From the IMG/VR virus record IMGVR_UViG_3300044712_001462, positions 1-64,000 of that record: 64,000 nucleotides of DNA. One strand, given 5' to 3'. This document shows, in pieces, positions 8,163 through 17,267 of the stretch. Below the pieces are notes generated by a model that was given only the letters and a program-made list of their open reading frames with translations, made no database searches and had not been told where the DNA came from. A program made the position numbers and the translations under genes. Position 1 is the first letter of the stretch, and every line of letters begins with the position of its first letter.

Positions 8163-8480
8163 TTAAAACCCGATCATAAACCTGCGTTCTTGCGTTCGTT
8201 TTCGCTCTAATTCCTCTTTCACCGAGCGAATGTATTCACGGCTTGGGCGATAGAAGCCCAGCTTTTCCAGCGCGCGGTATATCTTGCTTACCGTCTTATC
8301 GCCGATGTTTGGAATCCCTAGTAGCTCTTCAGGGCGACTCAGTAAGAGGTCGCGAATCGTCCGCACAACCGGCGGGTGACTAGGATTTTCTAGAGCATTT
8401 GTTGTCCGAACATCAAGACCAAGAACTTGCACAGGCTCATCTAAGAGAGCCTGTTGTTCGCGTGTCAATCCTTCAAGCAT
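8163..8480 (-). CDS. stand-alone RNA polymerase alpha C-terminal-domain protein
   Basis: LGLDVRTTNALE...TIRDLL...EELLGIPNIGDKTVSKI matches alpha-CTD (L.LSVRS.NCL...I.DL....LL...NLG.KS..EI). Confidence 0.85.
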   Translation of the reverse strand: MLEGLTREQQALLDEPVQVLGLDVRTTNALENPSHPPVVRTIRDLLLSRPEELLGIPNIGDKTVSKIYRALEKLGFYRPSREYIRSVKEELERKRTQERRFMIGF

Positions 8481-8806
8481 TCAGATTCCTGGGATACATA
8501 GAAATAGCCACACATTTCCTTCGGATCACTGCGCGCACCGAAGCTGATAACTGCTGCACGATATTTATCCTGCAGAATAGGCAGGAGGTACTCTATCGCT
8601 TCCCTCACAGCCAACTCTGATCCAAGATAGCGCACTACAGCACGTCCACCATAGTACGACCAGTCGACTCGCTGACCACTCAGCTTGGCCACAGCGCGAA
8701 CCCAGTTTTCAATCTCAGCACACGGCACCGTATGTGTAACAAATATTGCTCTACCGTGGGAAAACACATCCGCATCGCACGGCGGTAATTCCTTACTCAC
8801 AATCAT
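8465..8806 (-). CDS. hypothetical protein
   Basis: ORF in tightly overlapping gene run; start re-chosen (track 8827). Confidence 0.65.
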   Translation of the reverse strand: MIVSKELPPCDADVFSHGRAIFVTHTVPCAEIENWVRAVAKLSGQRVDWSYYGGRAVVRYLGSELAVREAIEYLLPILQDKYRAAVISFGARSDPKEMCGYFYVSQESECLKD

Positions 8807-9080
8807 CCTCTCTTGCTGCGGCCTCAATCAAATGTGGTGGCACCGGCACGTCCTGGATCCTAGCCACTCGCTGCAGTCGTCGAGCTATGTCAGGCGGACA
8901 ACCAGGATCGTCCCATCCGCTTAACGTCTCCACAGGCGGCAACAGACACTTCAACAACTCCACATCCTCACGCAGACTGATTATATCTCGCTGCAAAAAA
9001 TCAATCAGCGTCTCGGGTCTCGGCTTAGGCACACGACCGTACCCCTGCGACTCGCACCAGGCCTTATAACTATCACTCAC
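8793..9080 (-). CDS. hypothetical protein
   Basis: ORF coupled to neighbours by overlap. Confidence 0.65.
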   Translation of the reverse strand: MSDSYKAWCESQGYGRVPKPRPETLIDFLQRDIISLREDVELLKCLLPPVETLSGWDDPGCPPDIARRLQRVARIQDVPVPPHLIEAAAREDDCE

Positions 9081-9508
9081 CCTCTATCCTCCCCGTTATC
9101 TACTGGCTCCCGCGGCGTATCCCACTGAGGCTTCAGACTCGAGCCCAGAATATTCTGTTTCCACAACGGCCATGTTTTCACTTCTGCGCTTGCCCACTCC
9201 AGATGTTTCTGGAACAGCGCGTCTTTGAATTGCCGTAACTCATCGCGCAGCCACACTATCTCTGCGTCCTGCTCCTCAACCCGCTTCCTCAACTTAACAA
9301 TCTCGCTACACTGTTCCCGCCAGTCGGGCAGAAACTCATCCATCTCCAAGGGACCAAACCCGCCTCGCTCAGCTAATCGTTCCAGCGATTGACGTCGTCC
9401 GTACTGCGCGGCGTATACAGAATACGCCAACTCAGCCACGCTCCACGGAATCAACAGCGGGTGCGGCTGAGCCCCTCGTTGCGGCTGAATCGGAAACATT
9501 TTTGTCAT
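9077..9508 (-). CDS. hypothetical phage protein
   Basis: 143-aa ORF with a QSLERLAERGGF motif and coiled coil. Confidence 0.7.
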   Translation of the reverse strand: MTKMFPIQPQRGAQPHPLLIPWSVAELAYSVYAAQYGRRQSLERLAERGGFGPLEMDEFLPDWREQCSEIVKLRKRVEEQDAEIVWLRDELRQFKDALFQKHLEWASAEVKTWPLWKQNILGSSLKPQWDTPREPVDNGEDRG

Positions 9509-9514
9509 ACATCA

Positions 9515-9534
9515 CTCTCTAATAGCGCTATCTC
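9515..9534 (-). promoter_or_regulatory. conserved intergenic motif GAGATAGCGCTATTAGAGAG (copy A)
   Basis: Near-identical copies at 26642, 38505, 57321 and 17549. Confidence 0.5.
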
Positions 9535-9917
9535 GGAGTTTCAGAACTCGGAGACAGCTCAATACCCAGTAGCTCAGCAGCCTTCCTCACATCAGCCAGG
9601 GTGACACTACTCAGCTCTATCCGATAGCCATAAGTCTTTTGGTGAATCTCCGACACTAGACGCGCAAACTCTACCCTGTCGTTGTAGTGCTGCTCGGAGT
9701 CATACAAAGTGCCCGGAGATGAATACTCACCTCCATCAACCTGTCGCCAGTATTTGTCTGTCTTGTCAAAGCGATGACCGTTAGACAAGGTACACCACTT
9801 CCTACCCACCTTTGTCACCGTTACTGGTCCAGATGTATTGAACCTCTGAGCACCAACAAACCAGAACGTGTCACCTACTTTTACATCCACTACTATCTCT
9901 CCCCCGAACTCTAGCAA
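9528..9917 (-). CDS. hypothetical protein (SH3-like beta-barrel)
   Basis: VKVGDT...VTVTKVGRKW motif. Confidence 0.7.
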   Translation of the reverse strand: MLEFGGEIVVDVKVGDTFWFVGAQRFNTSGPVTVTKVGRKWCTLSNGHRFDKTDKYWRQVDGGEYSSPGTLYDSEQHYNDRVEFARLVSEIHQKTYGYRIELSSVTLADVRKAAELLGIELSPSSETPR

Positions 9918-10621
9918 GCTACCGACTCGTCGCAGTACACCAACGGTTCCAACACCTCGTTGATCTCTCCATACGACGGCAGAATATCACTGCGCAACTC
10001 CTCGCCGATAATGAACGTCCCATTCCGCTCAACATCACTTAGATCAGTAGCCCAGTTCTTATCGATCGAATGCAGCATCTCGTGCTGATCCGCCCGGCCT
10101 TTACCGTGCATCTCTTTGTGTGAGAAGTAGTGCCCACAGTACATGGTTACGGAGTTCCGTTCCCAGTCCTTCGCTCTCCAGAGAAAGTAGTTGACTACCT
10201 CCTCTCGAGGAATATTAAACGCACGGGCATCAAATGCAGCCATCAGCTGGCTATCCTCGCACACTCCCCAAATGAAGCGGTTAAACGTAGCCGTAAACAG
10301 ACTAGCTGTGATTGATTCCAGCTTGCTCTTCACGTAGCCGAACCAACCCTCTGTCTGATGTGTGTCATAGTCTGTCAGCAAGAAAGACGCCTCATCACTC
10401 TGGATGTACGCCGCCTTAAATCCTTGCATCTCTTTGGACACCTGCTGGGCTGAATCGCGCATAGCATCAATTATCAGCTCGGAAAACGGCCTATCAAACG
10501 ACCGCGTATACGTGTGAAAAGCTCGCCCATCCACCCGTATAATCACAGGCATCCGCCGCACCAGCTGATGTCGACTTGGAAACTCGTAATTCGCCTTCAT
10601 TCTTGCGCCAATGTCCATCAT
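9911..10621 (-). CDS. thg1: tRNA(His) guanylyltransferase Thg1-like protein
   Basis: IRVDGRAFHTYT, YIQSDEAS, FDARAF, NYFLWR..DWERNS motifs. Confidence 0.93.
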   Translation of the reverse strand: MMDIGARMKANYEFPSRHQLVRRMPVIIRVDGRAFHTYTRSFDRPFSELIIDAMRDSAQQVSKEMQGFKAAYIQSDEASFLLTDYDTHQTEGWFGYVKSKLESITASLFTATFNRFIWGVCEDSQLMAAFDARAFNIPREEVVNYFLWRAKDWERNSVTMYCGHYFSHKEMHGKGRADQHEMLHSIDKNWATDLSDVERNGTFIIGEELRSDILPSYGEINEVLEPLVYCDESVAC

Positions 10622-10830
10622 TACCTCCTTGGGCCCAGGTGATAATTCCCCACATACCCCTTTGTATAGATGTCCAACATCACGTCGTCCGGTAGGTCTA
10701 ACACCTCGTCACACAGACTTACCAGGTCGGCTAACCAGAACTCGTCACCGACCTTACCAGTAAGCTGTTCTTCCCGCAAATACCGGAGACAGCATCCGAT
10801 CACATACTCAGCGTCACTCTTACGCACCAC
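10621..10830 (-). CDS. hypothetical protein
   Basis: GTG start after GAGGAG; TAATG overlap with thg1. Confidence 0.55.
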   Translation of the reverse strand: MVRKSDAEYVIGCCLRYLREEQLTGKVGDEFWLADLVSLCDEVLDLPDDVMLDIYTKGYVGNYHLGPRR

Positions 10831-11272
10831 GCATCTCCTCCAGAGCTTCCCGTGCCGCTTCAATACGATCCTCATCCTGCCAGTCAAACCGCCAGGCAAT
10901 GTCATCCAACGTGCTGAGAGCCAGGTCTAACTCTTGCTTCTGTTTTTGCATCTGCTCAGCCCGCTGTGCCAGCGTATTCCGGATGAACTCACTGGGCTTG
11001 GTACTTGTTGCGCAGACGACCCGCTCTAGATCATCCTCATTCTCGATCCCGCTCACGGCTTTCAGGCACGCCATTACGGTGTCTAGGGCATCCAGCTGCT
11101 TCTTGCGCACCGTTTCCAGTTCTTCTTCAAGAACCTTACAGCGTCGGGCTAACACCGGCACCATGGCCATACTGTCGTCAACCCAGCCCTCTAGGATCTC
11201 GTCGTATGTCCAGGCTCGCTCTTGTAGCTCAACACCCAGAGACACTGTCTCCATTGTTTTAACAGGTTCCAT
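10820..11272 (-). CDS. hypothetical coiled-coil protein
   Basis: Start MEPVKT after GAGGAG (track start 11455 overlaps the next gene). Confidence 0.65.
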   Translation of the reverse strand: MEPVKTMETVSLGVELQERAWTYDEILEGWVDDSMAMVPVLARRCKVLEEELETVRKKQLDALDTVMACLKAVSGIENEDDLERVVCATSTKPSEFIRNTLAQRAEQMQKQKQELDLALSTLDDIAWRFDWQDEDRIEAAREALEEMRGA

Positions 11273-11858
11273 CACACTGCTCCTCGAATTTGCTAATACC
11301 CCAGACGATCGCTCGACAGGCGAAAATGAAATGATACGTATAGGCGTGCAGATTCGCCTCGTAGAAGTCCTGAAATACAAGATGTCCATCGTACTCGTAG
11401 TCGTAGCACAGACGGCGAAGATAATCCTCCCCCTCTTCAACAGCAGGGAGGACATCGCTGTAAACAGCCCGCTTTAACACCGAAGGGTATTCTCTTACCC
11501 AGTCCTTAATAGCCGTAGCCGCTGTTCGCGCGTCGTACCTCATGACCCCCTCTGTACCACTGGCAATGACTTTCTCACCCCAGTACTGCGGATTAATCCG
11601 TCTACCGCGGAAGAAATCAAACATGTCCTCTATTCGGGCAAACACATAGGTTCCCATGTCGCCCGTATAGCAGAGGTGCCCTGACCAGGTCAGGATGTCA
11701 AAAGCATCCACAGACCCATATGGGCCACGAAATTTCAGATGGCGCTTCTGGCCTACCACAAAACTCTCTACGAGCTTGTGATCCTTAACCCGACGCAAAA
11801 ACTCTTGCTCTATTGGCAGATAAGTATCTAGGGTTATCGTTCTACTTTCCGTCTCCAC
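11259..11858 (-). CDS. conserved hypothetical phage protein
   Basis: FDILTW.GHLCYTGDMGTYVF.R..DMFDFFR...INPQYWGEK, a motif pattern typical of phage accessory genes. Confidence 0.8.
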   Translation of the reverse strand: METESRTITLDTYLPIEQEFLRRVKDHKLVESFVVGQKRHLKFRGPYGSVDAFDILTWSGHLCYTGDMGTYVFARIEDMFDFFRGRRINPQYWGEKVIASGTEGVMRYDARTAATAIKDWVREYPSVLKRAVYSDVLPAVEEGEDYLRRLCYDYEYDGHLVFQDFYEANLHAYTYHFIFACRAIVWGISKFEEQCDGTC

Positions 11859-12177
11859 CGTGCTCCTTTAGCTCCATAGATACCACCATCCCCTGCGCAT
11901 AGAAGTACTCAGTGCTCGGAAGCTTAATCTTGCTCGGAAATGGCTTACACTCGAGCCCATCCAGGCATTGCCTCGCTAAATGCGCTTCATAGCTTCCAGG
12001 GGTCGTACCCGCGATCAGATCCAGTCCAGACCGCAGCCGCTCAATCTCTTCCTGCTGAGCTCGCAGCACGACCACAACATCTTCCAGATCAGCGTACGTC
12101 CCGTTTCGTACAATCCACTCGGTGATCTCTCCGCTAAATGGATTCTCATGCTTACGAACAAGCCACACATCACTCAT
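11842..12177 (-). CDS. hypothetical protein
   Basis: Start MSDVWL; overlap with neighbours. Confidence 0.6.
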   Translation of the reverse strand: MSDVWLVRKHENPFSGEITEWIVRNGTYADLEDVVVVLRAQQEEIERLRSGLDLIAGTTPGSYEAHLARQCLDGLECKPFPSKIKLPSTEYFYAQGMVVSMELKEHGGDGK

Positions 12178-12373
12178 CTTCTTGTGCCTCCAGCTTCTCC
12201 CTAAACTCCACCAAAGAGTTGAAATACCCGCCGTCCAGCGAAAACACCTTCTTTGTAGCCAAGTCGACCGACCAGCCATCCACCTGACAGTCGTACAACC
12301 ACTTATAAGCCTCTCGCTCGGCATCAGAAAACTTAGCCGGAAGATCATCCCGTCTATCCTTCGTCTTTCTCAT
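12170..12373 (-). CDS. hypothetical protein
   Basis: Start MRKTKD after GGAGGG. Confidence 0.6.
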   Translation of the reverse strand: MRKTKDRRDDLPAKFSDAEREAYKWLYDCQVDGWSVDLATKKVFSLDGGYFNSLVEFREKLEAQEDE

Positions 12374-12525
12374 CTTGTATCCCTCCACGCCTCACACCCG
12401 GCCCGCCAGCCCATCGAGCAGGCCACACTACCACAAAACAGAATTCGCCCGGCGTACATAGGCAAGAGCCACAGTAGACGCCAGGCGATAATGTAAGGCG
12501 GATTCCAGTCTTCAGGCCACTTCAC
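12370..12525 (-). CDS. small hydrophobic protein
   Basis: GTG start (MKWPEDW), Trp-rich hydrophobic stretch. Confidence 0.5.
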   Translation of the reverse strand: MKWPEDWNPPYIIAWRLLWLLPMYAGRILFCGSVACSMGWRAGCEAWRDTR

Positions 12526-12796
12526 TGCGAACAGGCTCCTCCAGCAACCAAGGGCAACGAGTCGCCCACTCTTCGTCGAAATCCGCGGGACCGTAAGATG
12601 TTGCATCCTCGTAGTAATGCCTGGCGCAGTTTTGAGCCTCGTCTAACTGCGCCTGTAACTCATCCACTCGCTTAACCAGCAAAGCATCCCCACCTTGCCA
12701 GATGTGTACTCGCGCACCGTGGGGAGCCTCCACGATCAATGAACCATCATCACAGTCCTTGACAATTACCCAGCCAGTCAAATCACTGATGGTCAT
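12512..12796 (-). CDS. hypothetical protein
   Basis: Start MTISDL after GGAG. Confidence 0.6.
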   Translation of the reverse strand: MTISDLTGWVIVKDCDDGSLIVEAPHGARVHIWQGGDALLVKRVDELQAQLDEAQNCARHYYEDATSYGPADFDEEWATRCPWLLEEPVRSEVA

Positions 12797-13073
12797 TTCC
12801 ACTCCAATCTGCAATCTGCCGATCTATAGCCGCAGCAAACGTCTCACCAACAGGGCTAACCGTAGACACCCACCGCCACGTACCATCATTACGGCAGTCC
12901 TTGTTTATCACCATGTGATCGCGAATGTACTCAAATCTCCTGGCAGAAGCCTGTAACTCAGCCACCTGCTTCTCCAAATCCCGGACCCGAGCCCTCAGCG
13001 ACTCGTTGGAGGCCCGCTCCACCCCCTCTGGACCCTCTGAGCCTCGTTCAATCATATCTCCAATGTCACTCAT
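12783..13073 (-). CDS. hypothetical protein
   Basis: Start MSDIGD, ATGA overlap; ARRFEYIR...AAIDR motif. Confidence 0.65.
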   Translation of the reverse strand: MSDIGDMIERGSEGPEGVERASNESLRARVRDLEKQVAELQASARRFEYIRDHMVINKDCRNDGTWRWVSTVSPVGETFAAAIDRQIADWSGNDHQ

Positions 13074-13645
13074 TTCACGCCTCCAACCGCCCTGGCTCGC
13101 TCGATCCACTCATCCCACACCACCTCGTACGTATCTCCGCTATCCCAGATCTCCACAGCCTCCTGCAGCAACTCCTGTGACGACTCCAGGCGCTGCATCA
13201 TCGGCGCAATCACCTTCCTGGCTTGCCGCTCCCAGGCCCCAAAATACTCGTCGCCTGGACAAACATCATCTGGAAGAAAGTCTGCAATGTACGCACTGAG
13301 CAAACTCAGCACGTCGTTCACGGTCTTCGGATACGCGTCATCGGTCTGCGCGTCCGTATCCGGTCGACAAGGCTCCAAAAGCTGGCATAGACGCTCAACC
13401 TCCGCTGTCTTCTCAGCCAGCTGCTTTCTTAAACACTCAACACAGACACCGCAGGAGCCATTACCAGCATCTTGCTCCTCCTGGCACGATCGCAAAACAG
13501 CTACTTCCAGGTCAGCCACATTTAACCGGTGGAGACAGGAAGCCATCTCATTAGACAAACACCTGGAGCACCAGTAATTACCCACTGCCCGCACGTGGTA
13601 ACCATATGACACGTCGCCGCATTTACAGCATTTCGTCACTTCCAA
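13070..13645 (-). CDS. Cys-rich hypothetical protein
   Basis: CCKC...CSRC and CGVCVEC motifs. Confidence 0.65.
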   Translation of the reverse strand: MEVTKCCKCGDVSYGYHVRAVGNYWCSRCLSNEMASCLHRLNVADLEVAVLRSCQEEQDAGNGSCGVCVECLRKQLAEKTAEVERLCQLLEPCRPDTDAQTDDAYPKTVNDVLSLLSAYIADFLPDDVCPGDEYFGAWERQARKVIAPMMQRLESSQELLQEAVEIWDSGDTYEVVWDEWIERARAVGGVK

Positions 13646-13891
13646 CTATCCTTTCTCCTTGCCACATCGCTCGCAGCGCCGCTTAGCCGTCATGCTGTCG
13701 AGTAGACAGAGCATTGGACTCATGAACAACTCAATACCGTATCCTGAGGCGTTGCGCTCTGACATCGATCCAGGCTTGTAAGGTTCGTCGACACGCCGCC
13801 ACTTATGCCAACCAAACCAACAGAAAATCCGCGTCACTCCCCACCAGAAAAATAGCCACATCACTCCCAGCCAGTAGAGAAATCGCATCAC
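13646..13891 (-). CDS. hypothetical protein with C..GWH...C.RCG motif
   Basis: Hydrophobic N terminus; CWFGWHKW...CERCGK. Confidence 0.65.
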   Translation of the reverse strand: MMRFLYWLGVMWLFFWWGVTRIFCWFGWHKWRRVDEPYKPGSMSERNASGYGIELFMSPMLCLLDSMTAKRRCERCGKEKG

Positions 13892-14253
13892 TCGCCCTCC
13901 TCAAGTCTTATCAGCACCAAATCCGAACCGGCATACACCAGACGACAGCCAGCAGCGTGGATGGCCTTACTCACCTCTGCGGAATCTCTCGTCTGAGCCT
14001 CGTAGGCTTTCCGATACCCATTGCACTCGGACTGAGATGTGGCAAGCTGCTGCTCCAGATCGGCCACGCGAACGATCACGCCATTCTCGACGTCTTCACA
14101 CTTCGTGACCGCTTCCGCAAGCTGCTGCTGTGTCGCCTCCAGCGCATTAGCCAGCTCACCAATCAACTCCCCGCAGTAACAACAAAGCCAACCAATGCCG
14201 TTACGTAAAGGATTCGCCTCTGCGTGGCGGGCTCGTTCGAGTAAATCGCTCAC
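13888..14253 (-). CDS. hypothetical coiled-coil protein
   Basis: ORF with 4-bp overlaps on both sides. Confidence 0.65.
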   Translation of the reverse strand: MSDLLERARHAEANPLRNGIGWLCCYCGELIGELANALEATQQQLAEAVTKCEDVENGVIVRVADLEQQLATSQSECNGYRKAYEAQTRDSAEVSKAIHAAGCRLVYAGSDLVLIRLEEGE

Positions 14254-14522
14254 GGTCGCGCTCTCGTCATCTTGGCCATCTCCTTATCTCGACACTCGCC
14301 GAGGCACAACAGCGGAGCACCGTCCCAGCGCACCGCATCCCAGTAATATCCAGAAGGATCTGGATACAAATCCGCCGAGCCACACACTTTACATGTTGGC
14401 GGAGGCAGCTGACGGGCCATAGCCTCTGCAATCTTTTCAAACTCCTTAGACCTCTCTCGCCAAAAATCAATGTCTTTTTGCATCTGGAGCAGTCGGGCGC
14501 TAGTAACAATACGGAGCATCAC
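14250..14522 (-). CDS. hypothetical zinc-finger protein
   Basis: CKVC...CLGEC. Confidence 0.6.
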   Translation of the reverse strand: MMLRIVTSARLLQMQKDIDFWRERSKEFEKIAEAMARQLPPPTCKVCGSADLYPDPSGYYWDAVRWDGAPLLCLGECRDKEMAKMTRARP

Positions 14523-15016
14523 TCACCTCCCGCTTGTGCCGCCTCAGCCGTTGAATAGAACTTCGTCGGGTCATCAACGATGTGACACCCATTCCAGTCC
14601 ACCCAGTAAGCATCCAGCTTGGCTATCGGATCATAAAGGTTACGCGACATCCGATCGCCTCTGAACAAATCCATTCCGGGTCGAATCGGAACACCGTCTT
14701 TGGTCTTAGGCAGTGAATCAACAATCTCCTGGGCCGCGGAAAGCTTCTGCTCGAGTGATTCAACTTCATCATCCGTGTCATGCAGCTCTTGCACGGCATC
14801 TGCGTGCGTCATCGTTTCGCTGCCGCCGTCGATGATCGACCGCAGCTCCTCGTAAAGCGATTCCGTCCTTCCCAGCCTCTCGTTCTCAGTCGTAATTCGC
14901 TCTAGCTCATCGGCAGCCTGACAAACAATACAACTGTAATCGATCCTACTCCGGCACTCTGCGTACGGATTGAGCATCGCGCACAGTTTGCGCAATTCGT
15001 CAGGCAGGTTACTCAT
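14519..15016 (-). CDS. hypothetical protein
   Basis: QAADELER, LPKTKDGVPIRPG, FYSTAEAA motifs. Confidence 0.7.
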   Translation of the reverse strand: MSNLPDELRKLCAMLNPYAECRSRIDYSCIVCQAADELERITTENERLGRTESLYEELRSIIDGGSETMTHADAVQELHDTDDEVESLEQKLSAAQEIVDSLPKTKDGVPIRPGMDLFRGDRMSRNLYDPIAKLDAYWVDWNGCHIVDDPTKFYSTAEAAQAGGE

Positions 15017-15284
15017 CCATACACCCCTTCGCCGCCTTGATTTTGTTAATTATTGCGTCCGTTATCGGCGACTGTTCCGCAACTACCTCCAACGACTCTA
15101 CTCTCCGCTGCAGTCTCAAATTAACAGCCTGTAGCTCAGCGAGCTGCTGCTCCAGCTCTTCGACCAACTCTTGCGCACATTCGTCGCAATATTTAGTGGG
15201 CTCATATCCATCACGAAGAAAAAACGCCCGATCACAGCGGGCGCAAATTACATCATCGTAGCCGTCGTCCGTACAACCACTCAT
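15009..15284 (-). CDS. hypothetical zinc-ribbon protein
   Basis: CARC...YCDEC; start MSGCTD with TAATG overlap. Confidence 0.65.
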   Translation of the reverse strand: MSGCTDDGYDDVICARCDRAFFLRDGYEPTKYCDECAQELVEELEQQLAELQAVNLRLQRRVESLEVVAEQSPITDAIINKIKAAKGCMDE

Positions 15285-15463
15285 TATTGTCCACCCGGCC
15301 AAACAACCGCATCGGCCTTGCCTCGCAACACCGACCAGGCTGCTCGTACTCGCAACCAAAACAGATACCGGCCATTAACAGGTCTGGCCGGCACCCAAAT
15401 GCCGTCGATATGCGCGTGATTTTCCGTGACATGTTTTACAAGTGAATTAATTGTCCAGATCAT
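15284..15463 (-). CDS. hypothetical phage protein
   Basis: WVPARP...RVRAAWSVLRGKADAVVWPG. Confidence 0.7.
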   Translation of the reverse strand: MIWTINSLVKHVTENHAHIDGIWVPARPVNGRYLFWLRVRAAWSVLRGKADAVVWPGGQ

Positions 15464-15753
15464 TCGTCTTTCTCCTCTCCCACAGGACCCCATTCGTTGT
15501 CTTCCCACCAAGCATCCAAAGGCTCTAGGTCACCATTGTTGTGCCAACCAGCTACCTCGAGACCTTGGCCACACAGACACTCGCGAATATGCCGCAGACG
15601 CTGATTAGCCTCAGCCAACTGCTCCATAGCGTCTGTGTACCCACAAAACACCTGCCAACCGTAAGCATCACTCCGGGCACCACACTTCTCACAGCGCAGA
15701 GATGTGTGTTCGCATTTTGCGAACTTTTCCAAGCTCTTTACCAGATCGCTCAT
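15460..15753 (-). CDS. hypothetical protein
   Basis: Start MSDLVK; GLEVAGWH.NG.LEPLD. Confidence 0.65.
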   Translation of the reverse strand: MSDLVKSLEKFAKCEHTSLRCEKCGARSDAYGWQVFCGYTDAMEQLAEANQRLRHIRECLCGQGLEVAGWHNNGDLEPLDAWWEDNEWGPVGEEKDE

Positions 15754-15974
15754 TACGCCTCCCACTTCTGATACTTCTCCAGCGCCCCGTTGTAGAAATG
15801 CCAACTCCCTGAGTCCGGGTCATGATCATCCCGGGCCCACCTCACAACCGACAATAAGCCTGCAATAGTCTCTCTGGCTTTCGCCAACTGGAGCTGAGCA
15901 TGGATTGCATTACGCTTAAACAGCATCATTTCGCGCTGAGCTTCTACTACTTCTTCGGCCATGATTCCCACCAC
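15753..15974 (-). CDS. hypothetical protein
   Basis: Overlapping ORF run. Confidence 0.55.
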   Translation of the reverse strand: MVGIMAEEVVEAQREMMLFKRNAIHAQLQLAKARETIAGLLSVVRWARDDHDPDSGSWHFYNGALEKYQKWEA

Positions 15975-16120
15975 TTATCTGACAGAACCGGCCCGCCTTG
16001 CATCAGATGGATTAGAGCTCCGGGCCCAAAACCAATGCAAGCGATCCCAAACATCAGCCACCAAGCCATCAAGTAGGGAAAAGTCCACAACAGCATCCAA
16101 CCGCGGATTAGCCATCGCAT
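15947..16120 (-). CDS. small membrane protein
   Basis: MRWLIRGWMLLW... hydrophobic. Confidence 0.55.
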   Translation of the reverse strand: MRWLIRGWMLLWTFPYLMAWWLMFGIACIGFGPGALIHLMQGGPVLSDKWWESWPKK

Positions 16121-16263
16121 GGTTCTACTCCAACAGGCCAGGGTTTCCACGAGACCACCACCTCGCCCTGGCACAGAGGACAGTGTGGCTCAAGAACATT
16201 CTCCAAGTTCCACCACTCCATGCCGCATGTTTCACAAATCCAGTTACAGTACGTCTCCGGCAT
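16108..16263 (-). CDS. small zinc-ribbon protein (51 aa, below track cutoff)
   Basis: Hand translation MPETYCNWICETCG...HCPLCQG; fills a gap in the gene run. Confidence 0.55.
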   Translation of the reverse strand: MPETYCNWICETCGMEWWNLENVLEPHCPLCQGEVVVSWKPWPVGVEPCDG

Positions 16264-16579
16264 CCTCTTCCTCCTGCACATGTTGTGTCAGCAGACTCAG
16301 AAACTCGCCGCGGCTCAGCCGGTAACCGTACACCAGCTCAAACTTCTCTTTGCCCCACATGCCTTCCATGGCCTCCCAGAGCAGGCGCTCAATACAATAC
16401 CCAGGGACCTTGTGGCCTACTTCAATGTGTTGCAGCAGGTGCTCACAGATCTCATCGAAATCCTGGCTCACCCAGCTACCATAGGCATCCGGACCTAAAC
16501 GGCACCCGCAGCAATTGATGTTCTCGCCGTCGGAATACACGTACACATCGCTCTCATCACAGAAACGGGCGTAGCTCAT
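16244..16579 (-). CDS. hypothetical phage protein
   Basis: MSYARF..SDVYVY...CCGC...HLLQH...GHKVP. Confidence 0.7.
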   Translation of the reverse strand: MSYARFCDESDVYVYSDGENINCCGCRLGPDAYGSWVSQDFDEICEHLLQHIEVGHKVPGYCIERLLWEAMEGMWGKEKFELVYGYRLSRGEFLSLLTQHVQEEEDAGDVL

Positions 16580-16914
16580 TCTGTATCCTTCTTCTTCTCT
16601 ACCCTGTAACCACACCGGCCAAGAGCCTCGTGGAGAAAACTCATTCCTACGTTACTACCCAGCCACTGCACCACCGTAGCCGCGATAATCCGGTCACGCT
16701 CAGTGGTCTCACCTAAAGGAAACAGCCTATACCCCGTCAACGACCCCGGATTCCACACTCGTACGGCACCTTTGTCATCCGGATCACACTCAGGTGAGCA
16801 CAACGATTGCAGAACGTCCCGCCACTCATGTTCCTGGTCCCACTGAGCCGCAAAAGCCACCTCTCGGGGGTTGTGTTCGTTCAAGCGGCGAACATGCAGG
16901 CCTTTTACACTCAT
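16576..16914 (-). CDS. hypothetical phage protein
   Basis: REVAFA.QW...TERDR.IAATVVQWLGSNVG..FL. Confidence 0.75.
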   Translation of the reverse strand: MSVKGLHVRRLNEHNPREVAFAAQWDQEHEWRDVLQSLCSPECDPDDKGAVRVWNPGSLTGYRLFPLGETTERDRIIAATVVQWLGSNVGMSFLHEALGRCGYRVEKKKDTE

Positions 16915-17267
16915 TCTTTCTCATCCTTAACCGCATCCACTGCAGCCTTTAGTGTGGCGTTGATCCGCTCTCCTGTCTTCCGCAAAGCCTGTGAGACACT
17001 CGCAGTAATCACCCCACGCATCTGGTCCGTGATCGCCTCGTTAATCCACTGCTTGATTTGATACTCATTGCAACGTAAGTAGTTTCCTACCTCGGTTGTG
17101 ATGCGCTCACGGATCCGGTCGCTCAGAACAACGTTAGCGATGCACATCCCCCGCATATCCAAACCCTGCTCGATGTGCTGCCTCACTTGTTCTGTCACTT
17201 GATCGCGGCAGACCTCAGCCACAGCATCCACTAGTCTATCCAGTTCGTCTTTAGCAGCTCCCATCAC
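16911..17267 (-). CDS. hypothetical protein
   Basis: 4-bp overlaps. Confidence 0.65.
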   Translation of the reverse strand: MMGAAKDELDRLVDAVAEVCRDQVTEQVRQHIEQGLDMRGMCIANVVLSDRIRERITTEVGNYLRCNEYQIKQWINEAITDQMRGVITASVSQALRKTGERINATLKAAVDAVKDEKE

